Shown piece by piece: positions 10,442 to 19,629 of a stretch of 64,000 nt of DNA. Source of the stretch: Myxococcales bacterium (GTDB lineage: Bacteria > Myxococcota_A > Polyangia > Polyangiales > DASUME01); NCBI GenBank assembly GCA_047601445.1, contig JASGJH010000001.1, positions 4,832,001 to 4,896,000 of the forward strand, read 5' to 3'. A program made the position numbers and the translations under genes. Under the pieces are notes generated by a model that did not search any database, was not told the DNA's origin, and worked only from the letters and a program-made list of their open reading frames with translations. The stretch's first letter is position 1, and every line of letters begins with the position of its first letter.

Positions 10442-10882
10442 CTACGTTGTGGGTGTTGTGCGCCTGGGAATCCGCAGCGTGGCGACCTCGACCGCGAGGC
10501 AGGCATCCATCACCACGGTCAGCCCTTGGTCCTGCGCGATCCGGGCAGCCTCTTCATTGTAGATGCCACTCTGCAGCCACAGCGTTTTTGCGCCGATGCG
10601 AGCAGCGTCGACGGCGACCTTGGGTGTCTCCTCGGCGCGCCGGAACACATCGACCAGGTCCACCTTGTGCGGAATCGCAGCGAGATTCGGATAGGCCTTC
10701 TGGCCGAGCACTTCGCTCTCGTTGGGGTTCACGGGGATCACGCGGTAGCCGGCCGACAAGAGCCGGCGGAACACGCCGTGCGAGGGCTTGTCCGCCTTGG
10801 ACGAAGCACCCACCACGGCAATGGTCTGGGTCCCGTCGAGTAGCTCGAAGAGCTCGCGATCGGAGGGGTTTTCGTGCGGCAT
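10442..10882 (-). CDS. CoA-binding domain protein (YccU-like)
   Basis: 'IAVVGAS', 'VIPVNP', 'VDLVDVFR', 'LWLQSGI', 'VMDAC'; ATG at 10882 preferred over the ORF-track start. Confidence 0.9.
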   Translation of the reverse strand: MPHENPSDRELFELLDGTQTIAVVGASSKADKPSHGVFRRLLSAGYRVIPVNPNESEVLGQKAYPNLAAIPHKVDLVDVFRRAEETPKVAVDAARIGAKTLWLQSGIYNEEAARIAQDQGLTVVMDACLAVEVATLRIPRRTTPTT

Positions 10883-10962
10883 ACCTTGGATGTCCCACGA
10901 AGCGATCGCGTTGGCGAGCGAGACGTCCCGAAACCGCGATCCTGCCAACCGTCCCTCCGCAC

Positions 10963-10996
10963 CAAAGCAAAACGGCGGAGCCGAAGCCCCGCCGTT
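10963..10996 (-). terminator. Intrinsic terminator downstream of the DsbA-like gene
   Basis: Minus strand reads AACGGCGGGGC-TTCG-GCTCCGCCGTT followed by TTGCTTT. Confidence 0.7.
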
Positions 10997-11040
10997 CCTG
11001 CTGCTACGAACCTGCCCACCAGACCAGGCGGGCTCCGGGC

Positions 11041-12018
11041 TCAGCCGCCCGCTGCCTTGAGGGCGTCTTCGATCTGCTTCGAAAGCCCGTCGAAGTCGGT
11101 GGGGTTACCCACGCGCGCTCCGTTGAGGAACATGGTGGGCGTGCCGTCGACGGCCACTTCTTCACCGAGCTTGAGCTCCGCGTCGACCGCAGCGGCGTAG
11201 GTCTTGTCGTCGAGCGCCTTCTTGAACGTGGTCAGGTTGAGACCCGTCTCCTTGGCGTACTTCTCGAGATCCTCACGGGACAGCGCCTTCTGATTGGCGA
11301 ACAGCTTGTCGTGGTACTCCCAGAACTTGCCCTCGGCGTTGGCAGCCAGCGCGGCCTCGGCGGCCTGGTGCGCGTTCTGGTGGAACGAGAGCGGGAACTG
11401 ACGGAACACGAAGCGGACCTTGTCCGAGTACTTCTCCTTCACCTTGTGCGCCACGTCGGCAGCGCGCGAGCAGAAGGGGCACTGGAAGTCCGAGAACTCC
11501 ACGATGGTGACCTTGGCGTCGGCCGGGCCGAACGCGGGCGGCGTGCCCTCGCTGATCTTGGCGATCTTCTCGGGGGAGAGCGGCGCGTTCTTCGCTTCCT
11601 GGCGCTTGAGGTCGGCGAGCACCTCGTCGTAGTGCTGCATCATCATGTCGCAGCGCTCGGGCGGGAACTTGGCGGTCTCGCGCTTGACCATCTCGCACGA
11701 CTGGGTCTTCTCACCGAGGTCGGTGCAAAGCTTCGACGTCAGCGTGTCGCACTGCTTGCGCTTCTCCGCCATCTTCGTCTTCACGAGGTCGACCTTCTTG
11801 AGACCGACCGCGCAGGCGTCGGGCGGCATCATCTCGGTGGACGACTTGAAGGCGCCGCAGGTCGGCGACTCTTCGCCGGCTTCCTTGCACACGGCCTTGG
11901 CGTAGTCGGCGCAGGACGTGGCAGTGCCCTTGGGCCCCTGAGGTTGATTGCAGCCGACGCTGACCAGACTGGTGAGCGCGAGCAACGACAGAAGGTGATG
12001 ACGGATGGATCGGGTCAC
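11041..12018 (-). CDS. DsbA-family thioredoxin-fold lipoprotein with Cys-rich N-terminal domain
   Basis: Lipobox VGC, 'EFSDFQCPFC' CxxC, 'GTPTMFLNG' cis-Pro motif; GTG start after an AAGGA RBS. Confidence 0.9.
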   Translation of the reverse strand: MTRSIRHHLLSLLALTSLVSVGCNQPQGPKGTATSCADYAKAVCKEAGEESPTCGAFKSSTEMMPPDACAVGLKKVDLVKTKMAEKRKQCDTLTSKLCTDLGEKTQSCEMVKRETAKFPPERCDMMMQHYDEVLADLKRQEAKNAPLSPEKIAKISEGTPPAFGPADAKVTIVEFSDFQCPFCSRAADVAHKVKEKYSDKVRFVFRQFPLSFHQNAHQAAEAALAANAEGKFWEYHDKLFANQKALSREDLEKYAKETGLNLTTFKKALDDKTYAAAVDAELKLGEEVAVDGTPTMFLNGARVGNPTDFDGLSKQIEDALKAAGG

Positions 12019-12661
12019 GAGAGGTCCTTTGGAAAGTGGGCCCAAGCGTACGAACAAACTTGGGGAACGCCAGCTACAGGTTGGAACGCAAGGTCGAAGC
12101 GCGCGGGTCCGCCCGCGGAGCAAAACGGGGCTTGGCCCGAGCACCTGAACGCTCGGCTGCCTCGGAGATTCCAGGCTCCGCGCAACATGAACACAGCCGT
12201 CACCCGTTTGTCCAAGATGTCACCTGGGATCGCACTACGCCCGCTCGCGCGAGCACGCCGGACCTCACCCGGGCGCTTTTGCGGCTTTTTTCTCGCGTCC
12301 CCGCATCACCCGCGCGCACTGCGTTGCGTCGAGCTCCCCCCCAAGGTGCGCTCGTCGTCGCAGGTCGAGGGGTCGGGGGATCCCTGGCCCAGGCAGACTT
12401 TTGCGCGCTCGCACTTAGCGCGGGCGAACGACCGAAAGCCAAGTGAATGACCTTCATGTCCGCCAGAAGTCGCGGCCTCGAGATGACCCCCGACCCCAAA
12501 CAGCGCTGCCAGGCCCCCACCTTGCTGCGCCGTTTTTGGTCGACGAAATGAGCATGAATGACGCCCATCCGAAGTGCACGGAAAAGTCTGCAGACAGCGC
12601 ACCGAAGCAACCGCAAACTCACAGCGACAAACTGCTTGCGGCTCTCGAAACGGGGCGAATT

Positions 12662-13313
12662 TCAGGGCGAAGCCGCGGGATCCACTCGCAATGATTCGAG
12701 CAACCCGCGAAACGCATCGCGCGCGCGTTCGACGGAGGCGCGCGGCCCCGTCAGCTTGAAGAACACCGGTCCCTGGGGTCCGCTCGCGATGGCGCCGAGC
12801 AACATGGCGTCGTTGATCGGCGCAGGACTCGGCGCACCGGGCATCGCCATACCGCCGGAGAAGGCGCCCGTGACCTCGATGGTCGTCACAGCCACGCTGC
12901 CGACGGTGCAATTGATCACGCACGGCCTTGGCCTTGCTGTCGCTGCCGTCGGGCTGGGTGAACTGACCGAGCCAGCGCGCGATGTTGGCGTCGACCGAGC
13001 CGCCCTGGTCGGGACCAAAGTAGAAGACCCCGAGCTCGGCCTGCGGCTCGCCCTCGAGCCCGTACTCGGCTGCGCGCATACGCGTCTTGGGAGCACGCCG
13101 CACCAGGGGCGCCTTGCCTTGCCATACGAGTCCGCCCCCCGCCTCGGCCCCGGTGGGCGCGGCCGCCGGCGCAGCGCCGGGTGTCGCGGGCGTGGACGGA
13201 TGAGCAGGCACGCTGGCAGCGGCAGAGGAGCCGCCCTTCTCGGGCGTGGGTTGGGGCTCCGAGGAGCAAGCGAGCAGCAGGAGCGGAGCGACGAACAGGG
13301 GGGAAAATCGCAT
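12662..13313 (-). pseudogene. Conserved-looking lipoprotein with a +1 frameshift near 12909 (pseudogene or sequencing error)
   Basis: The N-half (LLAC lipobox, 'GGSVDANIARWLGQF') joins another frame ('TVGSVAVTTIEVTG...GPVFFKLTGP') if one base is removed from TTG-C-ACC. Confidence 0.7.
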
Positions 13314-13672
13314 GGGCGGCGAGTGTAGTACCGGGAGCTCGAGCGAGCAGAAAAGGCCAGGCCGCCATGCCGGTCGCCAAGGAGGGCCCCTCGAGCCGCC
13401 CGGTGCCCCCCCGAGCCCGCGCCTCGGCCGCCCGACCCTACACTCGTCAACCCCGCTCTGTCCCTACCTCGTGGTAGGCGCTTCCCCCCGCCAGCTCACA
13501 AAAATTCTCCTACATCCCCCCTCTTTTTTGCTGGCGCGAGGCCGACCATGAGGTAGTCGTCTGTCGACCGTTTGGTAGGCACGTCCCTTCCCCCTGGGAG
13601 GGGCTTCAGAAGCCACCGCGCCGGACGGAGAAGTCACCGCTACTAACTGAGTCGCTAGAGGAGTTCGGTTCC

Positions 13673-15490
13673 ATGCCCCAGTACAAGGCCCCCCTTAGAG
13701 ACATGAAGTTCCTGATGAACGAGGTCTTCGACTACCCCGGGCACTACAAGAAGCTGCCCAACGGTGCCGAGGCCACGCCGGACATGGTGGAAGCCATCCT
13801 CAGCGAGTGCGCCGCGTTCTGTGAAGACGTGCTGGGACCGCTCAACCAGAAGGGCGACGCCGACGGCTGCGAGCTCAAGGAAGACGGCTCGGTGACCACG
13901 CCCAAGGGCTTCAAGGAAGCTTACAACCAGTACTACCAGGGCGGCTGGCAGGGACTTTCGCACCCCACGGAATACGGCGGCCAGGGCCTCCCGCTCACGA
14001 TGGGCATGTTCAAGCAGGAGATGATGGGGACCTGTAACTGGTCCTTCTCCATGTACCCCGGCCTGAGCCTGGGCGCGATGAACACCATCATGATGCACGG
14101 CACCGAGGCCCAGAAGACCGAGTGGCTCACGCCTCTCACCGAGGGTCGCTGGGGCGGCACGATGTGCCTCACGGAGCCCCAGTGCGGCACCGACCTCGGT
14201 CAGGTGAGCACCAAGGCCGAGCCCCTGCCCGACGGCAGCTACAAGATCACCGGCACCAAGATCTTCATCTCTTCCGGTGACCACGACCTCACCGAAAACA
14301 TCGTGCACATCACGCTCGCGCGCCTGCCCGACGCCCCCAAGGGCACCAAGGGCATCTCGCTGTTCATCGTGCCGAAGTACAAGAACGACAACGGCCAGGT
14401 CGGCGAGTTCAACAACGTGGTGTGCGGCTCGCTCGAGCACAAGATGGGCATCAAGGGCTCGGCCACCTGCGTGATCAACTTCGACGAGTCCGTGGGCTAC
14501 CTGATCGGACCGCCCAACAAGGGCCTCGAGTGCATGTTCACGTTCATGAACTCCGCGCGTATCGGCACGGCGATTCAGGGCGTGGGCGCGGCCGAGCTCT
14601 CGTACCAGGGTGCGCTCGCCTACGCCAAGGAGCGCCGCTCCATGCGCGCTTTGTCGGGCAAGAAGGAGCCTGAGAAGGTTGCCGACGCGCTCATCTACCA
14701 CGCCGACGTGCGCCGCATGCTGCTCACGCAGAAGGCGATCGCCGAGGGCGGCCGCGCGATGCTGTATCACGCGGGCCAGTTCGCCGACCACATGGTGGCG
14801 GGCCTGCTCGAGAAGGACGACAAGAAGCGCGAGCACTGGGACGACAAGCTCGGCTTCCTCACGCCCATCCTCAAGGGCTTCCTGACGGAGATGGGCACCG
14901 AGGCCGCGAACATCGGCATGCAGGTGTTCGGTGGCCACGGCTACATCAAGGAACACGGCATGGAGCAGATCGCGCGCGACACGCGCATCTCCACGCTCTA
15001 CGAGGGAACCACGGGCATCCAGGCGCTCGACCTGCTCGGCCGCAAGGTGCTGCTGCAGACCAAGGGCAAGTGCATCCAGGAGTTCACGGGTATCATCCTC
15101 AAGTTCTGCGCGCAGCAGGGCCGTAACCCCAAGATGCTCCCCTACATCGTGGAGCTCACCAAGCTCTGCGCGCAGTGGAACTACCTCACCGTGCGCATCA
15201 TGCTCACGGCCGCCAAGGATCGCGACATCGTCAGCGCCGCCGCGGTGGACTTCCTGATGTACTCGGGCTTCGTCACCATGGCCTACTTCTGGGCCCTGAT
15301 GGCTGCCAAGAGCTTCGAGAAGCTCGCCAAGGGTGGCTCCGAGACCCCCGAGTTCTACAAGGCCAAGATCCAGACGGCGGAGTTCTACTTCGAGAAGCTC
15401 CTGCCGCGCGCCAAGGGCCACGCCGACTCCATGCTCTCGCCCACCAAGGCGCTGATGCAGATGGACATCGAGCACTTCGCCTTCGTCTGA
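13673..15490 (+). CDS. Acyl-CoA dehydrogenase (long, ~600 aa type)
   Basis: 'GTMCLTEPQCGTD', 'GTKIFIS', 'EHKMGI', 'QVFGGHGY', 'YEGTTGIQ'; GAGGAG RBS. Confidence 0.95.
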   Translation: MPQYKAPLRDMKFLMNEVFDYPGHYKKLPNGAEATPDMVEAILSECAAFCEDVLGPLNQKGDADGCELKEDGSVTTPKGFKEAYNQYYQGGWQGLSHPTEYGGQGLPLTMGMFKQEMMGTCNWSFSMYPGLSLGAMNTIMMHGTEAQKTEWLTPLTEGRWGGTMCLTEPQCGTDLGQVSTKAEPLPDGSYKITGTKIFISSGDHDLTENIVHITLARLPDAPKGTKGISLFIVPKYKNDNGQVGEFNNVVCGSLEHKMGIKGSATCVINFDESVGYLIGPPNKGLECMFTFMNSARIGTAIQGVGAAELSYQGALAYAKERRSMRALSGKKEPEKVADALIYHADVRRMLLTQKAIAEGGRAMLYHAGQFADHMVAGLLEKDDKKREHWDDKLGFLTPILKGFLTEMGTEAANIGMQVFGGHGYIKEHGMEQIARDTRISTLYEGTTGIQALDLLGRKVLLQTKGKCIQEFTGIILKFCAQQGRNPKMLPYIVELTKLCAQWNYLTVRIMLTAAKDRDIVSAAAVDFLMYSGFVTMAYFWALMAAKSFEKLAKGGSETPEFYKAKIQTAEFYFEKLLPRAKGHADSMLSPTKALMQMDIEHFAFV

Positions 15491-15509
15491 AGCCGAAGCA
15501 TTCCTGGAG

Positions 15510-15543
15510 AGCCCCGAGCGCGACCGCCCGGGGCTTTTTTTTT
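15510..15543 (+). terminator. Intrinsic terminator after the acyl-CoA dehydrogenase
   Basis: AGCCCCG...CGGGGCT stem followed by a long T run. Confidence 0.85.
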
Positions 15544-15913
15544 GGATGTGCGCCGCTTCGTGCGCCTGCGAGCCATGTCGATGGTCTGCGGGGCGCGTCG
15601 TGCTCTTGTGGTCCGTGCGGCCTCAGATCGCCTTTTTTAGAGCTCCGCTGGGCCAGTGGAACGTGCGCTCTTGGGAGTGACGCGGCCAACTCGACGCATA
15701 CGCGGCGGTTCAGCGCCGCGAGTTCGCACGAATCCGCCTGGGAGCACCGCGAATATCGTTGGTAAACGGCGGGATCCGAGCTTGGTCCGCTCCTTGCTCG
15801 AGCATGCTCACCGAAGCCAGAGTCGTGCTCACCGAGCGACGCGCCGCACGGCGCGGCCGTAGGTACCCTCGTCGCTCGCCCGGGGCCGAAGGCAGTAGAA
15901 CCGGAGTATCAAC

Positions 15914-16459
15914 ATGCAAAGCCGTTTGCTCAGACAGTCTGGAATCTTGAGCCTCGCACTGGGAGCGCTCGTGTTCGCCGCCGCCATGCCGGCGCGCGCC
16001 GAATCGCCGGAGCAGCTGAAGTTGAAGATCGATGGGGTCCAAGCCGAAAATATGACGGGTCCCGTCAAGAGCAAGACCATCACGCTCGCGGCCGACGATG
16101 AGCGCCCCGAGCGCCGCTACAACCGCCCGCTGATGGTCACCGGCGGCGCCATGCTCGCCACCGGTTACATCCCGGCGGCCGTCACGGCGATGGCCAACAG
16201 CAAGGGCACGAGCGGCTGGCTCGGCGTGCCCGTGGTCGGTCCCTGGATCGACTGGGGCCCCCACACGAGCGCTGGTAACAAGGTCCTGCTCTTCGCGAGC
16301 GGCACGCTGCAGACCCTTGGTCTGGCCGGCATCGTGACCAGCTTCTTCATCCCGGAGTCGAAGACCAAGAAGATGCCGCTGATGACCAAGCGTAAGGTCC
16401 ACGTCTCGCCGGTCGCCGGTCGTGGCGTGTACTCGCTGTCGGCCGTCGGCACCTTCTGA
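15914..16459 (+). CDS. Secreted or membrane hypothetical protein
   Basis: GGAG RBS, signal peptide ending ARA, 'VPVVGPWI' hydrophobic segments, C-terminal GTF. Confidence 0.75.
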   Translation: MQSRLLRQSGILSLALGALVFAAAMPARAESPEQLKLKIDGVQAENMTGPVKSKTITLAADDERPERRYNRPLMVTGGAMLATGYIPAAVTAMANSKGTSGWLGVPVVGPWIDWGPHTSAGNKVLLFASGTLQTLGLAGIVTSFFIPESKTKKMPLMTKRKVHVSPVAGRGVYSLSAVGTF

Positions 16460-16472
16460 ACAGACGGCGTAG

Positions 16473-16850
16473 CTAGCGGTGGTGGCCACCTCCAAAGTGG
16501 CCGCCACCGTGAAAGCCGCCTCCGCTGGCGTGGAAACCGCCCGCATGACCCCAGCCCCGGCCGCCGTATGAGTGGCCGTAGTACGCGGGGCCTGCGACGT
16601 GGTGATAGCCGCCGTATGGCGCGGGAACCCGGTGGTAGTAATAGGCGGGCCTGTAGCCGTAGGCCGGACCTAGGTACGCCGGAACCCCGTAAGCATAGGG
16701 CCCGTAGTAGCTCGAGTAGCCGTAGCCCGGCCCATAGCCGTACGCTGGCCCGTAGCTGTACCCGCTGTAGTAGCCGGCTCCGCAAGCGCTGAGCACGGAG
16801 CACGCGAGCGCAGCGACCAGCCAGCGCTGCCACCGCCTTCGAGCGCCCAT
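16473..16850 (-). CDS. Gly/Tyr/His-rich low-complexity lipoprotein
   Basis: Lipobox LSAC followed by YGP/GY repeats and a GGFH tail; start uncertain. Confidence 0.65.
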   Translation of the reverse strand: MGARRRWQRWLVAALACSVLSACGAGYYSGYSYGPAYGYGPGYGYSSYYGPYAYGVPAYLGPAYGYRPAYYYHRVPAPYGGYHHVAGPAYYGHSYGGRGWGHAGGFHASGGGFHGGGHFGGGHHR

Positions 16851-17032
16851 GTTTGCTTGCGAGGGAGCATGTTCACGTGAACCGAGACGACCGAGCCTCA
16901 TGGCTGCCTCCCTAGGTTCGCGCGTGCGTCGATGGGCGCACGCTCAATCCTGTCAACGGCGAGGGACCACGATCTCTTCCCGGACGACGATCACGTCTCT
17001 CGCGGAGGTCTCCGTTCGTGTCGGATCGATGC

Positions 17033-17557
17033 TTAGAAGCGCAAGCCGATGCGAGCGTTGGCCAAGAAACCGTTGGCCACCGTGTCCTTGATGGCCACGC
17101 GATAGCGCAGATCGACGCCGACCACGAGCAGCGCGATCTGAACTTCGGCCACACCGCCGGGCTCGATGTACGGCGCCCTCAATCCGTCGTTGGCCTCGCG
17201 CACCTGACCGACTCCGAAGCGCGGACTGATGTGCAAGATCTTCAGCAGCTGCCAATCCCAACCCAGATCGGCACCGAGCGTGCGTACGTCATCCACGTTG
17301 CGGCAGTTGGGCCCCACGCAGTCCGCGTTGGTGCCCACCGAGCGCGTGTAGCGGAATCCAAGCACCCAGCCGGCGACGATGAGATCGGCTGCCGCGCCGA
17401 TCTGAAGCGCATACGGATTGTTGTCGGCCTTGCCGGTGTCGACCCCGGTACCGATCAGACCTGCGAGTTCGATGCCCACGCCGTCGGCGCGAGCAGGTTG
17501 CGCGAAGACGAGAGTTGCCAGTGCCACCAAGACCAAGCCAGAGAAGCGTCCCATCAT
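17033..17557 (-). CDS. Small outer-membrane beta-barrel-like protein
   Basis: Signal peptide ending ARA, alternating amphipathic strands, terminal 'IGLRF'. Confidence 0.7.
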   Translation of the reverse strand: MMGRFSGLVLVALATLVFAQPARADGVGIELAGLIGTGVDTGKADNNPYALQIGAAADLIVAGWVLGFRYTRSVGTNADCVGPNCRNVDDVRTLGADLGWDWQLLKILHISPRFGVGQVREANDGLRAPYIEPGGVAEVQIALLVVGVDLRYRVAIKDTVANGFLANARIGLRF

Positions 17558-17695
17558 AAGAGCAACATACCAACAGAACTCGGAGCTTCCACGTTCGGGC
17601 AACAAAAGATTTCGAATCGAAGCCGAGGCGAGCCGGAGCGGGGTGCAATGTTGCACTACAGAGGGAGCCGTCTTGAAGCCGCACCTCCATGTGCC

Positions 17696-17770
17696 CGTGC
17701 CCGTGCCCGATTTCTTTTCCACGGCTCTTCGCGCTCAGAAACTCAGAACTCAGCATCGGGCACGGGCACG
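17696..17770. repeat. Intergenic perfect 16-bp inverted repeat built from GTGCCC units
   Basis: CGTGCCCGTGCCCGAT at 17696-17711 and ATCGGGCACGGGCACG at 17755-17770. Confidence 0.85.
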
Positions 17771-17786
17771 ATGGTACGAGAGTTCT

Positions 17787-19538
17787 CTAAGGTCCGGGCG
17801 CAGGCTCTGGACTTGGGGCTTGTTCGCCGGTCAAGCCGCGCAAGCGTCGCCTGGTCCCGCGCAGCTCGTTCCCAACCGGCGCGTCACGCGTTTCGCTCGG
17901 GCTTGCGGCATTCGGCGCGGGGGTCTCGCGCGGCTGGGCGTTGAGGCGCGCATTCTCTTGTGCGAGCTGATCACGCTGTTCGGTTAGCTTGGCGTTGTCG
18001 CGCGCTTGCTGATCGCGCTGCTCGACCGCCCTGGCGCGCTCTTGTTCCAGTTGGTCGCGCTGTTGACTCAGGCGACTTCGGTCCTGCAAGAGCTGGTCGC
18101 GTTCGGAGGCGAGACTCTGCCGGTCACGCGCGAGCTGGTCGCGCTCCGTGGTCAGGTTCTGCTTGTCGCGAGCGAGCCCGTCGCGCTGGGCAGTGAGGCT
18201 CTGCCGATCGCGCAAGAGGCCATCACGCTCGACACTCAGGCCCTGCTTGTCGCGCGCGAGTCCGTCCCGCTCTGTCGTCAGGGCTTGCTTGTCCTGGAGC
18301 AGCCCGTCGCGCTGCGTGGTGAGGGTCGACTTCTGGGTGTTGAGATTCGCTACCCTCCCCTGCAGCTGCTTGACCTGGTCGTTGAGTTTGCGCCCTACGG
18401 CGAGCGCGCGATCCAGGCTGGCCTTCTCGTCACCGAGGTCCTGGGCCTGCTCCGCGATGGTGTCGAGCTGGGCGGCCGACTCAGCGCGTAGCTTCTCCGA
18501 GGCGTCGCGCTCTTGCTCGAGCACCTGGGTCTGCTGATTGAGCGCGGTGGTCTGCTTGCGAAGGAGCAGGGTGAGTACCGCGATCACGAGCCCCGCGACC
18601 ACGACCACCGGCCCCACGCGCTTGAGCAGCTTGAGCCGCGCTGCTCGCACCTCCTCGGGCCGCGTCAGCACGCGCAGCTCGTCGGCGAACTGCTCCGCGC
18701 TGGGGCGGCGCGCCGGGTCGAGGCTCAACCAACGTGCGAAGTACGGCTTCAAAAATGCGAGGTCCGCACGGGCGCTGAGCGGCACGGCCTGCTGGGCGCG
18801 CTCGTGCAGCGCCGGCAGCGGATTGTCGCCTTGCGGCTGATTCGCCAGGCTCGGGTCGAGCGCGTTGCGCAGGACCAGAGCGAGCGAGAACACATCACTG
18901 GCGCTCCCGATCGGTCCGCGATCCTCGCCCAGCATGGCCGCAGAGGCCTCGGGCGATGCGTAGGAGATCGTGAGACCACTGGGGTTTTCGCCCACTCGGC
19001 TGGCGATCCCCAGGTCGAGCAGCACCGGAAACCCACCAGCGAAGCCAGCGATCTCGGCCAGAAAGATGTTCTCGGGCTTGATGTCGTGGTGCTGCACACC
19101 CACGGCGTGCATGGCCGCCAAGCCCTGCGCGATGCGTGTGAAGATGGGCTGCGCTTCCGCCCGACTCATGGGCACGGCCGCGTCGCCGTAGCCGATCACA
19201 CTGTCGAGCGGGCGCCCCTGGTACCACGGCATGGAGAACCACAGGCGTCCATCGAGCCAGCCGTACTCCTTGAACTGCACCACCGATGGATGGCTCACGC
19301 TGGCGATGAGCCGCAGCTCACGCAACGCGAGCTCACGCTCGGCCTCGCTGCTGGCCTTGCGGAACAGGAGCTTGATGGCCACGCGATGGTTTTGAATCTC
19401 ACGGTCGATGGCCCGATAGACCACGCCGAAGCTACCCTCGCTGATGCGCTTCTCGATGACGTAGCGCCCGCCGAAAGTGCTCCCCACGTCGAGCGTCCGG
19501 AGTTCGACGACTGCCGCGGGGTCCCCTGGTTGCGCCAT
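17787..19538 (-). CDS. Ser/Thr protein kinase with TM helix and long C-terminal coiled coil
   Basis: 'EGSFGVVY', 'VAIK', 'HHDIKPEN', 'DLG', 'SDVFSL'; TM 'VVVVAGLVIAVLTLLL'; RDGL/RDQL heptads. Start at 19538 chosen to avoid overlap with the divergent gene. Confidence 0.88.
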   Translation of the reverse strand: MAQPGDPAAVVELRTLDVGSTFGGRYVIEKRISEGSFGVVYRAIDREIQNHRVAIKLLFRKASSEAERELALRELRLIASVSHPSVVQFKEYGWLDGRLWFSMPWYQGRPLDSVIGYGDAAVPMSRAEAQPIFTRIAQGLAAMHAVGVQHHDIKPENIFLAEIAGFAGGFPVLLDLGIASRVGENPSGLTISYASPEASAAMLGEDRGPIGSASDVFSLALVLRNALDPSLANQPQGDNPLPALHERAQQAVPLSARADLAFLKPYFARWLSLDPARRPSAEQFADELRVLTRPEEVRAARLKLLKRVGPVVVVAGLVIAVLTLLLRKQTTALNQQTQVLEQERDASEKLRAESAAQLDTIAEQAQDLGDEKASLDRALAVGRKLNDQVKQLQGRVANLNTQKSTLTTQRDGLLQDKQALTTERDGLARDKQGLSVERDGLLRDRQSLTAQRDGLARDKQNLTTERDQLARDRQSLASERDQLLQDRSRLSQQRDQLEQERARAVEQRDQQARDNAKLTEQRDQLAQENARLNAQPRETPAPNAASPSETRDAPVGNELRGTRRRLRGLTGEQAPSPEPAPGP

Positions 19539-19629
19539 GTCTCCCGAAGTATGCGCGTTGGCCCATCCCGCGCCCACATCCCTAGAAACGTCACTTCGAG
19601 GCCAGGATCGTGTTAGACCCGAAGACGTC

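Noticed and set aside
12020..12660. Long intergenic gap with an 83-aa ORF (12443-12694) and possible ncRNA
   Set aside because: No RBS, motif or recognisable RNA fold; cannot be supported without an Rfam search.
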